Assembly (NCBI GenBank): GCA_044223005.1
Contig: JBGAML010000011.1
Span: 73,169 to 137,168, forward strand
Direction of reading: 5' to 3'
Source of the DNA: Candidatus Eiseniibacteriota bacterium
GTDB taxonomy: Bacteria > Eisenbacteria > RBG-16-71-46
Length of the DNA: 64,000 bases
The number at the start of each line of letters is the position of its first letter. Position 1 is the first letter of the stretch. Of the stretch, positions 39,215 through 51,431 are shown one piece after another. Both the position numbers and the translations under genes were made by a program. The notes below the pieces were generated by a model that was not told the origin of the DNA, searched no databases, and worked only from the letters and a program-made list of their open reading frames with translations.

Positions 39215-41878
39215 ATGCGTCCCGGTAACCCCGAGGCGCTCGCTTCACCCTACGAACCCGGCCGCATCGAGCCCGCCCGCTATTCGTTCTGGGAGGAGCG
39301 CGGGGTGTTCCAGCCCCGGGCCACCGAGGGCAAGGACCCGTTCGTCATCGCCATTCCGCCGCCCAACGTCACGGGTTCGCTCACCATGGGCCACCTGCTG
39401 GGCGAATCCATCCGCGACTGCATCATCCGCTGGCAGCGAATGGAAGGGCGCGAGACGCTCTACATCCCCGGCATGGATCACGCGGGCATCGCGACCCAGA
39501 ACGTGGTCGAGAAGAAGCTGCGCGCCGAGAAGAAGAGCCGGCACGATCTCGGGCGCGAAGGCTTCCTGCGCGAAGTGTGGGCATGGAAGGAGCAGTACGG
39601 CGGCCTGATCTTCCAGCAGGAGCGCCGGCTCGGCACGTCGCCCGACTGGTCGCGCGAGCGCTTCACGCTCGACGAGGGCTACTCGCACGCGGTGCTGCAC
39701 GTCTTCAAGACGCTCTACGACCAGGGGCTGATCTACCGCGGCCACTACATCGTCAACTGGTGCCCGCGCTGCCAGACCGCGCTCTCGGACGAAGAGGTGG
39801 ATCACAAGGAGTCGCAGGGCTCGCTGTGGCACATCCGCTATCCGCTCAAGGACAGCGACAAGTTCATCGTGGTCGCGACGACGCGGCCCGAGACCATGCT
39901 CGGCGACACGGGCGTGGCGGTGAGCCCCAAGGACACGCGCTACAGGAAGCTGGTCGGCAAGACGGCCGTGCTGCCGCTCGTGCGCCGCGAGATCCCGATC
40001 GTCGCCGACGCGATGGTCGATCCCAAGTTCGGCACGGGCGCGGTGAAGGTGACGCCGGCCCACGACCCGAACGACTTCGAGACCGGCAAGCGTCACGGCC
40101 TGCCCGAACTCGTGGTGATGGACGAGACCGGCGTCATGAACGAGAACGCCGGTGACTTCCGCGGCCTCGACCGCTTCGAGGCGCGCAAGCGCATCGTGGC
40201 GGCGCTGCAGGACGCGGGCTACCTCGAGAAGGTGGAGCCGCACGTGAACAGCGTGGGCCATTGCTCGCGCTGCGGCACGGTCATCGAGCCGTACCTGTCG
40301 TGGCAGTGGTTCGTGAAGATGGCGCCGCTCGCGGCGCCCGCGATCGAGGCGGCGAAGAAGGGCAAGGTGAAGATGTTCCCGGCCCGGTGGAAGAAGGTCT
40401 ACCTCCACTGGCTCGAGAACATCCGCGACTGGTGCATCTCGCGGCAGCTGTGGTGGGGCCACCGGATCCCGGTGTGGTATCGCGGCCAGGAGATGGTCGT
40501 CTCGCTGGAACAGCCCGAGGGCGAGGGCTGGCGCCAGGACGAGGACGTGCTCGACACGTGGTTCAGCTCGTGGCTGTGGCCGTTCGCCACGCTGGGCTGG
40601 CCCGAGAAGACGCCGGACCTCGAGCGCTTCTATCCGAACAGCCTCATGGTCACGGGCAGCGACATCATCTTCTTCTGGGTCGCGCGCATGATCATGGCCG
40701 GCTACCACTTCCTCGGCGAGGCGCCGTTCGCGCACGTCTACTTCACGAGCATCGTGCGCGACGCGCAGGGCCGCAAGATGAGCAAGTCGCTCGGCAACTC
40801 GCCCGACCCGCTCGCGATGATCGACAAGTACGGCGCCGACGCCGTGCGCTTCACGATGATCCAGACGCCGACGGGGCAGGACCTGCTGTTCGACGAGAAG
40901 CGCCTGGAGACGGGCAAGTTCTTCGCGAACAAGATGTGGAACGCGGCCAAGCTGGTGCTCATGCGCCTCGGCGACGAGAACCTCGCCCCGGTGCGCGAGT
41001 CGCAGTTGCAGCTGACGCTCGCCGACCGCTGGATCCTGTCGCGCTTCGCGAACGCCACCAAGGGCGTGACGCGGAACCTCAAGACGTACCGCTTCGCCGA
41101 GGCCGCGCAGGCGCTCTACCACTTCGCGTGGAACGAGTACTGCGACTGGTACCTCGAGATGGCCAAGCCGCGCTGGGCGCTCGCCGACAAGGGCGACGCG
41201 ATGACGGCGTCCGAGAAGGCCGACCTGCGCACCGCGCGCTGGGTGGCGTGGAAGGTGCTCGACGGCATCCTGCGGCTCATGCACCCGTTCATGCCGCACG
41301 TCTCGGAAGAGCTGTGGCAGGCGATCCCGCACGACGGCGAGACGCTCGCGACGGCCTCGTGGCCGCGCGCGAAGAAGTCGTGGTTCGACGCCGGCGTCGA
41401 GCGCGAGGTCGGCTTCCTGCAGGAGGTCGTGGTCGCGGTGCGGAACCTGCGCGCGGAGCAGAAGATCGCGCCCGGGCGTTCGGTGCCGGTCGTGGTCCGC
41501 GGCACCGAGGCGCAGCTCGAGCTGCTCGAGCGGCTGCAGGGCCAGCTGCTGGGGCTGGCGCGCATCGAGACGCTGACGCTCGCCCGTGACGGCGCGCGGC
41601 CCAAGGTCGCCGCGTCGGCGGTCGTGCAGGGCGCCGAGGTGTTCCTGCCGCTCGCCGGTCTCGTCGACCTCGACGAGGAGCGCGCGCGGCTGGCGCGCGA
41701 CGCCGAGAAGCTGCTGACCGATCTCGAGGGCGTGCGCAAGAAGCTCCGCAACCAGGACTTCCTCGCCAAGGCCCGGCCCGAGATCGTCGAGAAGGAGAAG
41801 GCGCGGCTCGAGGCGCTGGAAGAGACGCTCGAGAAGCTCAAGAAGGCGCAGGAGTCGCTGAGCGTCAAGTTCGACTGA
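39215..41878 (+). CDS. valS: valine--tRNA ligase
   Basis: PPPNVTGSLTMGH, DHAGIATQ, DWCISRQLWWGHRIP, KMSKSLGN, C-terminal coiled coil. Confidence 0.98.
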   Translation: MRPGNPEALASPYEPGRIEPARYSFWEERGVFQPRATEGKDPFVIAIPPPNVTGSLTMGHLLGESIRDCIIRWQRMEGRETLYIPGMDHAGIATQNVVEKKLRAEKKSRHDLGREGFLREVWAWKEQYGGLIFQQERRLGTSPDWSRERFTLDEGYSHAVLHVFKTLYDQGLIYRGHYIVNWCPRCQTALSDEEVDHKESQGSLWHIRYPLKDSDKFIVVATTRPETMLGDTGVAVSPKDTRYRKLVGKTAVLPLVRREIPIVADAMVDPKFGTGAVKVTPAHDPNDFETGKRHGLPELVVMDETGVMNENAGDFRGLDRFEARKRIVAALQDAGYLEKVEPHVNSVGHCSRCGTVIEPYLSWQWFVKMAPLAAPAIEAAKKGKVKMFPARWKKVYLHWLENIRDWCISRQLWWGHRIPVWYRGQEMVVSLEQPEGEGWRQDEDVLDTWFSSWLWPFATLGWPEKTPDLERFYPNSLMVTGSDIIFFWVARMIMAGYHFLGEAPFAHVYFTSIVRDAQGRKMSKSLGNSPDPLAMIDKYGADAVRFTMIQTPTGQDLLFDEKRLETGKFFANKMWNAAKLVLMRLGDENLAPVRESQLQLTLADRWILSRFANATKGVTRNLKTYRFAEAAQALYHFAWNEYCDWYLEMAKPRWALADKGDAMTASEKADLRTARWVAWKVLDGILRLMHPFMPHVSEELWQAIPHDGETLATASWPRAKKSWFDAGVEREVGFLQEVVVAVRNLRAEQKIAPGRSVPVVVRGTEAQLELLERLQGQLLGLARIETLTLARDGARPKVAASAVVQGAEVFLPLAGLVDLDEERARLARDAEKLLTDLEGVRKKLRNQDFLAKARPEIVEKEKARLEALEETLEKLKKAQESLSVKFD

Positions 41879-41915
41879 CCGCCGGCCGCGGCACGAACCC
41901 CCTCGGAGACGCAGC

Positions 41916-42545
41916 ATGCGCACGCTCGACGAGCTGCTCGAACGCAACCGGTCGTGGGCCGCGGACCTCACCGCGCGTGACCCGGAGTTCTTCCCGACGC
42001 TCGCGCGCCAGCAGGCGCCGGGTTACCTGTGGATCGGCTGCTCGGACAGCCGCGTGCCCGCGAACCAGATCGTCGGGCTGCTGCCGGGCGAACTGTTCGT
42101 GCACCGCAACGTCGCGAACGTGGTCGTGCACACCGACCTCAACTGCCTGAGCGTGCTCCAGTTCGCGGTCGACGTGCTGAAGATCCGCGACGTGATCGTG
42201 TGCGGGCACTACGGCTGCGGCGGTGTGGGGGCCGCGCTGCGCGGCGACCGCCTCGGCCTGATCGACAACTGGCTGCGCCACGTGCAGGACGTGCGCGACC
42301 GGCACCGCGACGAACTGGCGGCGCTGCCCGACGAGGGCGCGCGTGTCGACCGCCTCTGCGAGCTCAACGTGGTCGCGCAGGTCGCGAACGTGTGCGAGAC
42401 CACGATCGTGCAGGACGCCTGGGCGCGCCGGCAGCCGCTCACCGTGCACGGCTGGATCTACGGCCTGGGCGACGGCCGGCTGCGCGACCTGGGGGTGAGC
42501 GCGAGCACGACCGCCGAGCTCGCCGCCGTCCTCGAGCGCACGTAG
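41916..42545 (+). CDS. can: beta-class carbonic anhydrase
   Basis: WIGCSDSRVP, HRNVAN, CGHYGCGG. Confidence 0.95.
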   Translation: MRTLDELLERNRSWAADLTARDPEFFPTLARQQAPGYLWIGCSDSRVPANQIVGLLPGELFVHRNVANVVVHTDLNCLSVLQFAVDVLKIRDVIVCGHYGCGGVGAALRGDRLGLIDNWLRHVQDVRDRHRDELAALPDEGARVDRLCELNVVAQVANVCETTIVQDAWARRQPLTVHGWIYGLGDGRLRDLGVSASTTAELAAVLERT

Positions 42546-42703
42546 CGGGCGCGATTCACGCGGTCCGGACCGCGCTTGACGGTGGCGCAGGGCGGGCGGA
42601 TCGTTCGAGGCCTCAAGGACGCACCGGCGCCCCCGGTGCTCCCGGTCGCCCCCAACCCCGAGCACCGCGACGCGACGCCCCGTGCGCCCGGGAAGGGGCT
42701 GCG

Positions 42704-43181
42704 ATGAGCCACGCGATCGCTTCCGTGCTCAAGCCGCGCATGGGATCGGCGGTCATTCACGTCGACGACGCGATCCCCGTTCGCATCACCGTCCGCCGTG
42801 ACCTCCACGGCACGCCCGAGGGGATCGTCGTGCATCCCGACGACCATCATCCGCCGGTGATCCACGCGCGTCCGTCGGGCGAGCGGGTGCCGGGCCGGCT
42901 GCCGCGTCCGCCCGTGCGCATCGCGCGGCAGGTGCTGTGGGTCGTCGACGACCTGCGCCGGGGCGAGGTGCTGCGCATCCAGGCCAAGACGTCTCCGCCG
43001 CAGGGTCACTACTTCCACTACAGCGCATTCGTGCTCGACCACGAGGGTCCCGCCGTGGCGAGTGGTTCGGCGCGGCTGCCGGTGCCGCTCCGCAAGCCGG
43101 GAGCGCGCTTCGAGTGGCGTTACGACATCACGGTGGAGGGCGGCCATCTGCACGCGCCCGTGACGCTCGATCCGATGATCA

Positions 43182-43201
<20 letters not shown>
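42704..43201 (+). CDS. His-rich beta-sandwich-like hypothetical protein
   Basis: GAAGGGG RBS; ends WRYDITV...TLDPMIII. Confidence 0.65.
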
Positions 43202-45812
<2,611 letters not shown>

Positions 45813-45983
45813 GGCGCCCTCCCCCGAATGCCGCGGACACGCGGCCTGAACCCGTCGGGAGCCTACTCCTGCGAACGGGGCCTCACCACGGCCTTCGCAG
45901 CCGGCCGTGCGCCCGGGGCCGCCAACGCGAACGCCGGCCCGCGTTTGCGGGCCGGCGTTCGGACAGGACTCGAGGGGCGGGAG

Positions 45984-46619
45984 TCAGGCCTTCGCTTCCT
46001 GCACGCGGAACACGAGCGCAGCGAGCGCGCCGCCGGCGAGCGGGCCGACCAGGTAGAGCCACAGGTGCTGGAGCGAACCGCCACCGAGCATGGCGTTGAT
46101 CAGCGAGGGGCCGAGCCCGACCGCGGGATTGAACGCGCCGCCCGAGACGGGGCCGCCCGCGAACGCGGCGACGACGACGGTGAAGCCGATGGCGAGCCCG
46201 TAGAACGAGTTCCCCTTCGTGCCCTCCGACGTGGCGGCGTTCAGCACGACCAGTGCGAGCGCGAACGTGTAGAGCACCTCGACGAGCAGCGCGGCGGTGA
46301 GCGATGCGCCTTCTGCGGGTGCGGGCGCGAACGTGCGGCCGAGGATCGTGTGCACCGCCAGCGCCGCGAGCACCGCGCCGGCCACCTGCGCGATCCAGTA
46401 CGGCACGACCTGCTTGCCGGGCAGCTTGCCGCGCAATGCCACCGCGAGCGTCACGGCGGGGTTGTAGTGCCCGCCAGAGACGTGGCCGCCCATGTAGACC
46501 ATGACCATGAGCGAGGCGCCGATCGCGAGCGGCGCGAGCGGCGTGCCGCCGATCACCGTGAGGCCGATCGTGAGCACGAGGAAGAAGGTGCCGATGAGTT
46601 CGGTGAGCAGTGAACGCAT
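45984..46619 (-). CDS. MIP family channel (aquaporin)
   Basis: SGGHYNPAVT and SGGAFNPAV, six TM segments. Confidence 0.95.
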   Translation of the reverse strand: MRSLLTELIGTFFLVLTIGLTVIGGTPLAPLAIGASLMVMVYMGGHVSGGHYNPAVTLAVALRGKLPGKQVVPYWIAQVAGAVLAALAVHTILGRTFAPAPAEGASLTAALLVEVLYTFALALVVLNAATSEGTKGNSFYGLAIGFTVVVAAFAGGPVSGGAFNPAVGLGPSLINAMLGGGSLQHLWLYLVGPLAGGALAALVFRVQEAKA

Positions 46620-46722
46620 GGAAGGGGCTCCGGAAGGGAAAGGGTGGATCGCGGCCGGGGGAGTGTCGGTGCGGAGCGAGGTGTGCCGCGATCCGGAGGG
46701 GCCTGCTGTGCGCGGGCGAGGC

Positions 46723-46753
46723 TTCAGACAGCGGCGCCCCGCCGCGGGTCACA
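46723..46753 (-). promoter_or_regulatory. possible ECF promoter upstream of aquaporin
   Basis: minus strand TGTGA-N18-TGTCTGAA. Confidence 0.4.
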
Positions 46754-46854
46754 TCGCGGCGGGGGTTCGGCGGGCCCGGGCTCGTGCCCCGGATGAGGTC
46801 GTGGCGGGAAGGTGCTGGAATCGCTCGGGTTGCGCCGGTCGATCCCGGGCGGGT

Positions 46855-47964
46855 TCAGAGCCCGTCGTAGCGGGAGTAGCCGCGCTCGTTCCAGTAGTCG
46901 GGAGGCTCGTGCGCTCCGAACTCGATCGACGTGATGGCCTTGATGTTCTTGAGCCCGAGCTTCACGGGCACGAGCAGCCGCAGCGGCGCGCCGTGCGCGA
47001 GCGGCAGCGGGGCGCCGCTCCAGTGCGTGGCCAGAAGCGTCTGCGGGTGCATCGCGGTGCCGAGGTCGATCGAGACGTAGTAGGGGTTCGAGCGCCCGGC
47101 ACGATCGAGGTTCACGTCCGAGCGCATCGCGGCCCAGCGCGCGCCGTCGCGCGGCGGGAACGCCGCGAGCAGGTCGGCGAACCGCAGCCCCTGCCACCAC
47201 GCGATCGCGCTCCAGCCCTCGACGCAGACGAAACGCGTCACCTGCTCGTACGAGCGGAAGCGCGCGAGCAGCTCGGGCAACGCGAGTCGTGCCGAGCCGC
47301 CGCCCTTCAGCCCGCGCAGTTCGAGCACCCAGTTCGCCAGGATCGCCGCGTCGGGCGTGCGGCCATCGTAGTTGTTGCGCAGCGGCGTGACGTCGGCGCG
47401 CGAATACGTGCGCACGAGCCGGCGCGGCGAGTAGAGCGCTTCGGCGACGTCGTCGTCGAACGTGAGCGCGCGATCGAGCACGCGCTCGCGCCGCTCGCGC
47501 GTGAGCCCCACGCGCGCGGCGAGCGAATCGAGCCGGTCGCGCGCGGCGCCGGGCAGCAGCCGGCCCTTCGTGCGATCGGGCAGCAGGAACCACGCCCCGG
47601 TCGCGGCGGCGAGCGCGCCCGCGCCGAAGAGCAGGAAGTCGCGGCGCGCCTGCGCGACCAGGCGAGAGCTCGGCACCTCGATCACGCGCTCGGCCGGCTC
47701 CGGCGAGCCGGCGCGCGGCGCGGGAGCGGGCTTCGGCGCAGGTGCAGGCGCCGGTGCGGTGGGCGGTGCGGTGTCGGGCACCACTGCCGGCCCGTCCGGG
47801 GCGGCGGCCTCCGGGGCCGCAGGCGTCGCACTCGCGGCCGGTGCGGCGTCGGGCGCCGTGGCTTCGGCCGCGCGTGGCGTCACGGCTTCCGGGGCGGCCA
47901 GGTCCTGCTGGGCGTCGTCCTGCGGCGCGTCGTCGCGCGGCGCGTCGTCGTGCGCGTCAGCCAT
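46855..47964 (-). CDS. molybdopterin-dependent oxidoreductase (sulfite oxidase/MsrP-like)
   Basis: RRDFL Tat-like motif, RFVCVEGWS, HGAPLRL, KLGLKNIK, YWNERGY. Confidence 0.88.
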   Translation of the reverse strand: MADAHDDAPRDDAPQDDAQQDLAAPEAVTPRAAEATAPDAAPAASATPAAPEAAAPDGPAVVPDTAPPTAPAPAPAPKPAPAPRAGSPEPAERVIEVPSSRLVAQARRDFLLFGAGALAAATGAWFLLPDRTKGRLLPGAARDRLDSLAARVGLTRERRERVLDRALTFDDDVAEALYSPRRLVRTYSRADVTPLRNNYDGRTPDAAILANWVLELRGLKGGGSARLALPELLARFRSYEQVTRFVCVEGWSAIAWWQGLRFADLLAAFPPRDGARWAAMRSDVNLDRAGRSNPYYVSIDLGTAMHPQTLLATHWSGAPLPLAHGAPLRLLVPVKLGLKNIKAITSIEFGAHEPPDYWNERGYSRYDGL

Positions 47965-48751
47965 GGTGGTCCTCCTTCACGCGCTTCGACCAGCCCGTCA
48001 CCATCGAGCGGAACGTGTCCCAGCCGTCGGCGATCACGAGGATCACGTGCGGCACCATGAAGCTCGCGAGCACGAGCATGCACGCGAAGTGGACGATGCG
48101 CGCGCCGTCGTAGTTGCCGAACGCGCGCTCGAGCAGCCCCAGCTGCGACGGCTTGTGCATGGCCCAGCCGGACAGCACGGCCAGCAGCCCGAAGACCGGC
48201 ATCGACGCGTAGGCGCTCCGCTGGAGCGCGTTGTACTTGCCGGCGATCACGGGGTGCGGCCAGGGCCGGCGGCGGATCGCCATGGGCAGCACGCCCGCGT
48301 AGTAGCGCAGCATCGCGGCCGCTTCGGCGACGTCGCCACGCCGTGGCAGCAGCGCGCGCCAGCCGCCGCCCGCGGCGAGCCCCAGCACGTAGAGCACCCC
48401 GTTCGCCATGAAGACGTACGCGAGCAGCCAGTGCAGCCGCAGCGCCGCCGCGAGCTGTCCCGTTCCGAGCCCGAAGTGATCGTAGATCCAGTGCGCCGGG
48501 TTGCCGCCGCGATCGCGCAGCAGCGCCGCGATGCGGAGGCCGAGGTCGGCGAGGTACTCGCGCTGGCCCGTCACGGGATCGGGCGCGTGCCGGAACACGG
48601 GCGAGGCCCAGTAGATCGAGAGCCCGCTCGCCACCAGACCCAGCAGCAGCGGCAGGTTGCCCCAGTGCGCGAGCCGCACCAGCGCATGATGCTTGGGCAC
48701 CACGCGCACGGGCGCGTCCGCCACCACCGCCTTCGCCGACGTCACCGCCAT
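47957..48751 (-). CDS. cytochrome b/b6-domain membrane partner
   Basis: VRLAHW, LRLHW, KYNALQR, ARIVHF, PHVIL, SMVTGW. Confidence 0.88.
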   Translation of the reverse strand: MAVTSAKAVVADAPVRVVPKHHALVRLAHWGNLPLLLGLVASGLSIYWASPVFRHAPDPVTGQREYLADLGLRIAALLRDRGGNPAHWIYDHFGLGTGQLAAALRLHWLLAYVFMANGVLYVLGLAAGGGWRALLPRRGDVAEAAAMLRYYAGVLPMAIRRRPWPHPVIAGKYNALQRSAYASMPVFGLLAVLSGWAMHKPSQLGLLERAFGNYDGARIVHFACMLVLASFMVPHVILVIADGWDTFRSMVTGWSKRVKEDHHG

Positions 48752-48877
48752 CGTTCGCCTCCTCGCGCCGGCGGAAGGCCGGCACCCACGCGCTTACGGT
48801 AGGGGTTGCGCCGCGTGACGACCAGAAAAAGCAAAGGGGCGGCGCCGTCGAGCGCCGCCCCGCCGCATTCGGGGGAA

Positions 48878-49783
48878 TCAGTCGTGCTTGATGAACGTGC
48901 CGTCGTTGAGCTCGGCGATCGCCTGGCGCAGTTCGTCGCGCGTGTTCATGACGATCGGTCCGTACCACGCCACCGGTTCCTCGATCGGCCGGCCGGAGAC
49001 GAGCAGGAACCGGATGCCCTGCTCGCCCGCCTGCACGGTGATCTCGTCGCCGGAACCGAACATGACGAGCGAGCGGTTGCCGGTACGGTCGTAGACCGGA
49101 TCCTCCACGGGGCCGCCGTCGTCGGTCAGCACGGCGCGGGGCGCCGAGGCGTCGCGGAACGAGCCCTCGCCGTCGAACACGTACGCGAACGCGTTCCGCC
49201 GTGTATCGATCGGCAGCGTGCGGCGCACGCCCGCCGGCACCCACACGTCGAGGTACTGCGGATCCGCCGCGATGCCTTCGACCGGCCCACGCTTGCCCCA
49301 GAAGTCGCCGCACAGGATGCGCACGCGCGTGCCGTCGTCGTCCGTGACCTCGGCCACGTCCTTGGAGAGCACGTCCTGGTAGCGCGGCTTCGTCATCTTC
49401 TGCGACGCGGGCAGGTTCGCCCACAGCTGGAAGCCGTGCATGCGCCCCTGGTCGTCGCCCTGCGGCATCTCCTGGTGCAGGATGCCGCTGCCCGCGGTCA
49501 TCCACTGGATATCGCCGGAGCCGAGCGTGCCGTGGTTGCCGAGGCTGTCGCCGTGCGCGACGGTGCCCGAGAGGACATACGTGATCGTCTCGATGCCGCG
49601 ATGCGGATGCCACGGGAAGCCCTTGATGTAGTCCGCGGGCCGCTCGTTGCGGAAGTCGTCGAACAGCAGGAAGGGATCGGTCTCGTCGGTGTCGCCGAAT
49701 CCGAACGCGCGGCGCAGCTTCACCCCGGCGCCTTCCATCGTGGGCTGGGATTCGACGATGCGCTTCACGGGACGGATGGACAT
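48878..49783 (-). CDS. pirin family protein
   Basis: DPFLLFD, FPWHPHRGIETITY, WMTAGSGILHQE, QLWANLP, GPIVMNT. Confidence 0.95.
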   Translation of the reverse strand: MSIRPVKRIVESQPTMEGAGVKLRRAFGFGDTDETDPFLLFDDFRNERPADYIKGFPWHPHRGIETITYVLSGTVAHGDSLGNHGTLGSGDIQWMTAGSGILHQEMPQGDDQGRMHGFQLWANLPASQKMTKPRYQDVLSKDVAEVTDDDGTRVRILCGDFWGKRGPVEGIAADPQYLDVWVPAGVRRTLPIDTRRNAFAYVFDGEGSFRDASAPRAVLTDDGGPVEDPVYDRTGNRSLVMFGSGDEITVQAGEQGIRFLLVSGRPIEEPVAWYGPIVMNTRDELRQAIAELNDGTFIKHD

Positions 49784-49899
49784 GCTGCCTCCGGAGGGGT
49801 TGCGGGTGGATGGAACGCCCATTCGGATGCCGTCCCGGCGGAGTGGATGCGGGGGGGCGCCCGGGTGGCGGGCCCGGCGGCGCGAAACGACTCGCACCA

Positions 49900-49930
49900 T
49901 TGACAGGCCCCGGCCGCGAAATGCTAGAGT
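49900..49930 (+). promoter_or_regulatory. sigma70-type promoter of the rsgA leader
   Basis: TTGACA-N19-TAGAGT with extended TG. Confidence 0.6.
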
Positions 49931-49985
49931 TGGGACGTCGCCGCGCGCGTGGTGCGCGCGGCCGATCGCCGAAAGGAGCCCGCAC

Positions 49986-50042
49986 ATGGCAGCCCTTGCC
50001 CGTACGACCCGTGCGTCACGGCCCTTCCGGCATCGCGCCTGA
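49986..50042 (+). CDS. putative leader peptide MAALARTTRASRPFRHRA
   Basis: AAAGGAG RBS; between promoter and terminator; upstream of rsgA. Confidence 0.6.
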   Translation: MAALARTTRASRPFRHRA

Positions 50043-50073
50043 CACCGCTCCCGACTCCCGAGCGAAGTGTCCG

Positions 50074-50101
50074 CGCCGTCCCGTGAAGGGGCGGCGTTTT
50101 T
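50074..50101 (+). terminator. intrinsic terminator in 5' leader (attenuator)
   Basis: cgccgtccc-gtgaa-ggggcggcg-TTTTT, about 100 nt before rsgA. Confidence 0.75.
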
Positions 50102-50202
50102 CATTGGCGCCGCGGTGACGCCTTTCCCGCGCCGACGCTCCGCGGGCGTGCCGACGCACGCCCATCGCACGCGTGATCCCACCGAAAGGCACACACCAAG
50201 TC

Positions 50203-51273
50203 ATGACTCTCGAGTCGCTGGGCTGGAACGAGACGTTCGCATCGCAGTTCGCCGTCCATCGTGAACAGGGCCTCGAGCCTGCGCGCGTCGCGCGCGAGGA
50301 CCGGGACCGCTACCTCGTGCTCGACGCCGCGGGCGAACGGCTCGCCGTGCTCGCCGGGCGCTTCCGCCACGACGCGACCTCGCGCGCCGAGTGGCCGGCC
50401 GTCGGCGACTGGGTCGCCGTGCGCGCGGAGGCGGGCACCACGCAGGTGCACGCCGTGCTCGCACGCACCAGCGCGTTCGTGCGCGACGATCCCGGGCGCG
50501 CGGTCGAAGCGCAGGTCGTCGCCGCCAACGTCGACGCCGTGTTCCTCGTCTGCGGCCTCGACGCCGACTTCAATCCGCGGCGTATCGAACGCTACGTCGC
50601 GACCGCGTGGGAGAGCGGTGCGCAGCCGGTGCTGCTGCTCAACAAGGCGGACCTCGACGCCGATCCGGCCGCGCGCGTGGCGGAGGTCGAAGCGCTCGCG
50701 CCGGGCGTGCCGGTGCTCGCGCTCTCGGCACTGGAGGGCGCGGGGCTCGATGCGCTCGCGCCGTGGCTCGGCGCGGGACGCACGGTCGCGCTCGTCGGCT
50801 CGTCGGGCGTGGGCAAGAGCACGCTCGTCAACGCGCTGCTCGGCGACGAGCGCCAGGCGACGGGAGCGGTGCGCGAGGACGATTCGCGCGGCCGCCACAC
50901 GACGACGCATCGCGAGCTGGTGCCGCTGCCGGGCGGCGCGCTGCTGCTCGACACGCCCGGCATGCGGCGGCTGGATCTCTGGCTCGACGGCGAAGGGTTG
51001 GACGGCGCATTCCCCGAGATCGCCGAGTTCGCGCGGTCGTGCCGCTTCCGCGACTGCAGCCACGAGCGCGAGCCCGGGTGCGCCGTGCGCGCGGCGCTCC
51101 AGTCGGGAGCGCTCGCCGCAGAGCGCTGGGAGTCGTGGTGCAAGCTGCAGCGCGAGCTGCGGTGGCTCGAGACGCGCCAGGACGCCGCCGCCCGCGCGGC
51201 GGAGGAGAAGAAGTGGAAGGCGATCACGCGCTCGATGAAGCACCACCCGAAGGCGGATCGATGGCGCCGGTAG
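50203..51273 (+). CDS. rsgA: ribosome small subunit-dependent GTPase A
   Basis: PAVGDWV, NKAD, GSSGVGKST, GRHTTT, DTPG, CRFRDCSHEREPGC. Confidence 0.95.
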   Translation: MTLESLGWNETFASQFAVHREQGLEPARVAREDRDRYLVLDAAGERLAVLAGRFRHDATSRAEWPAVGDWVAVRAEAGTTQVHAVLARTSAFVRDDPGRAVEAQVVAANVDAVFLVCGLDADFNPRRIERYVATAWESGAQPVLLLNKADLDADPAARVAEVEALAPGVPVLALSALEGAGLDALAPWLGAGRTVALVGSSGVGKSTLVNALLGDERQATGAVREDDSRGRHTTTHRELVPLPGGALLLDTPGMRRLDLWLDGEGLDGAFPEIAEFARSCRFRDCSHEREPGCAVRAALQSGALAAERWESWCKLQRELRWLETRQDAAARAAEEKKWKAITRSMKHHPKADRWRR

Positions 51274-51431
51274 GCCGCATACCCCGCCGGCGGGAAGCCC
51301 GGTCGAACGCCCGTTCGACCGGGCGCAACATCCGCGCTCCTGCCGGGCGATGCCGCGCGGCCGAGCCTCCCCGGCGTGCTACGCTCGTGGGGCATCCCGC
51401 TTCCCCACGAGTACTCATCCTTGGAGCCGTC

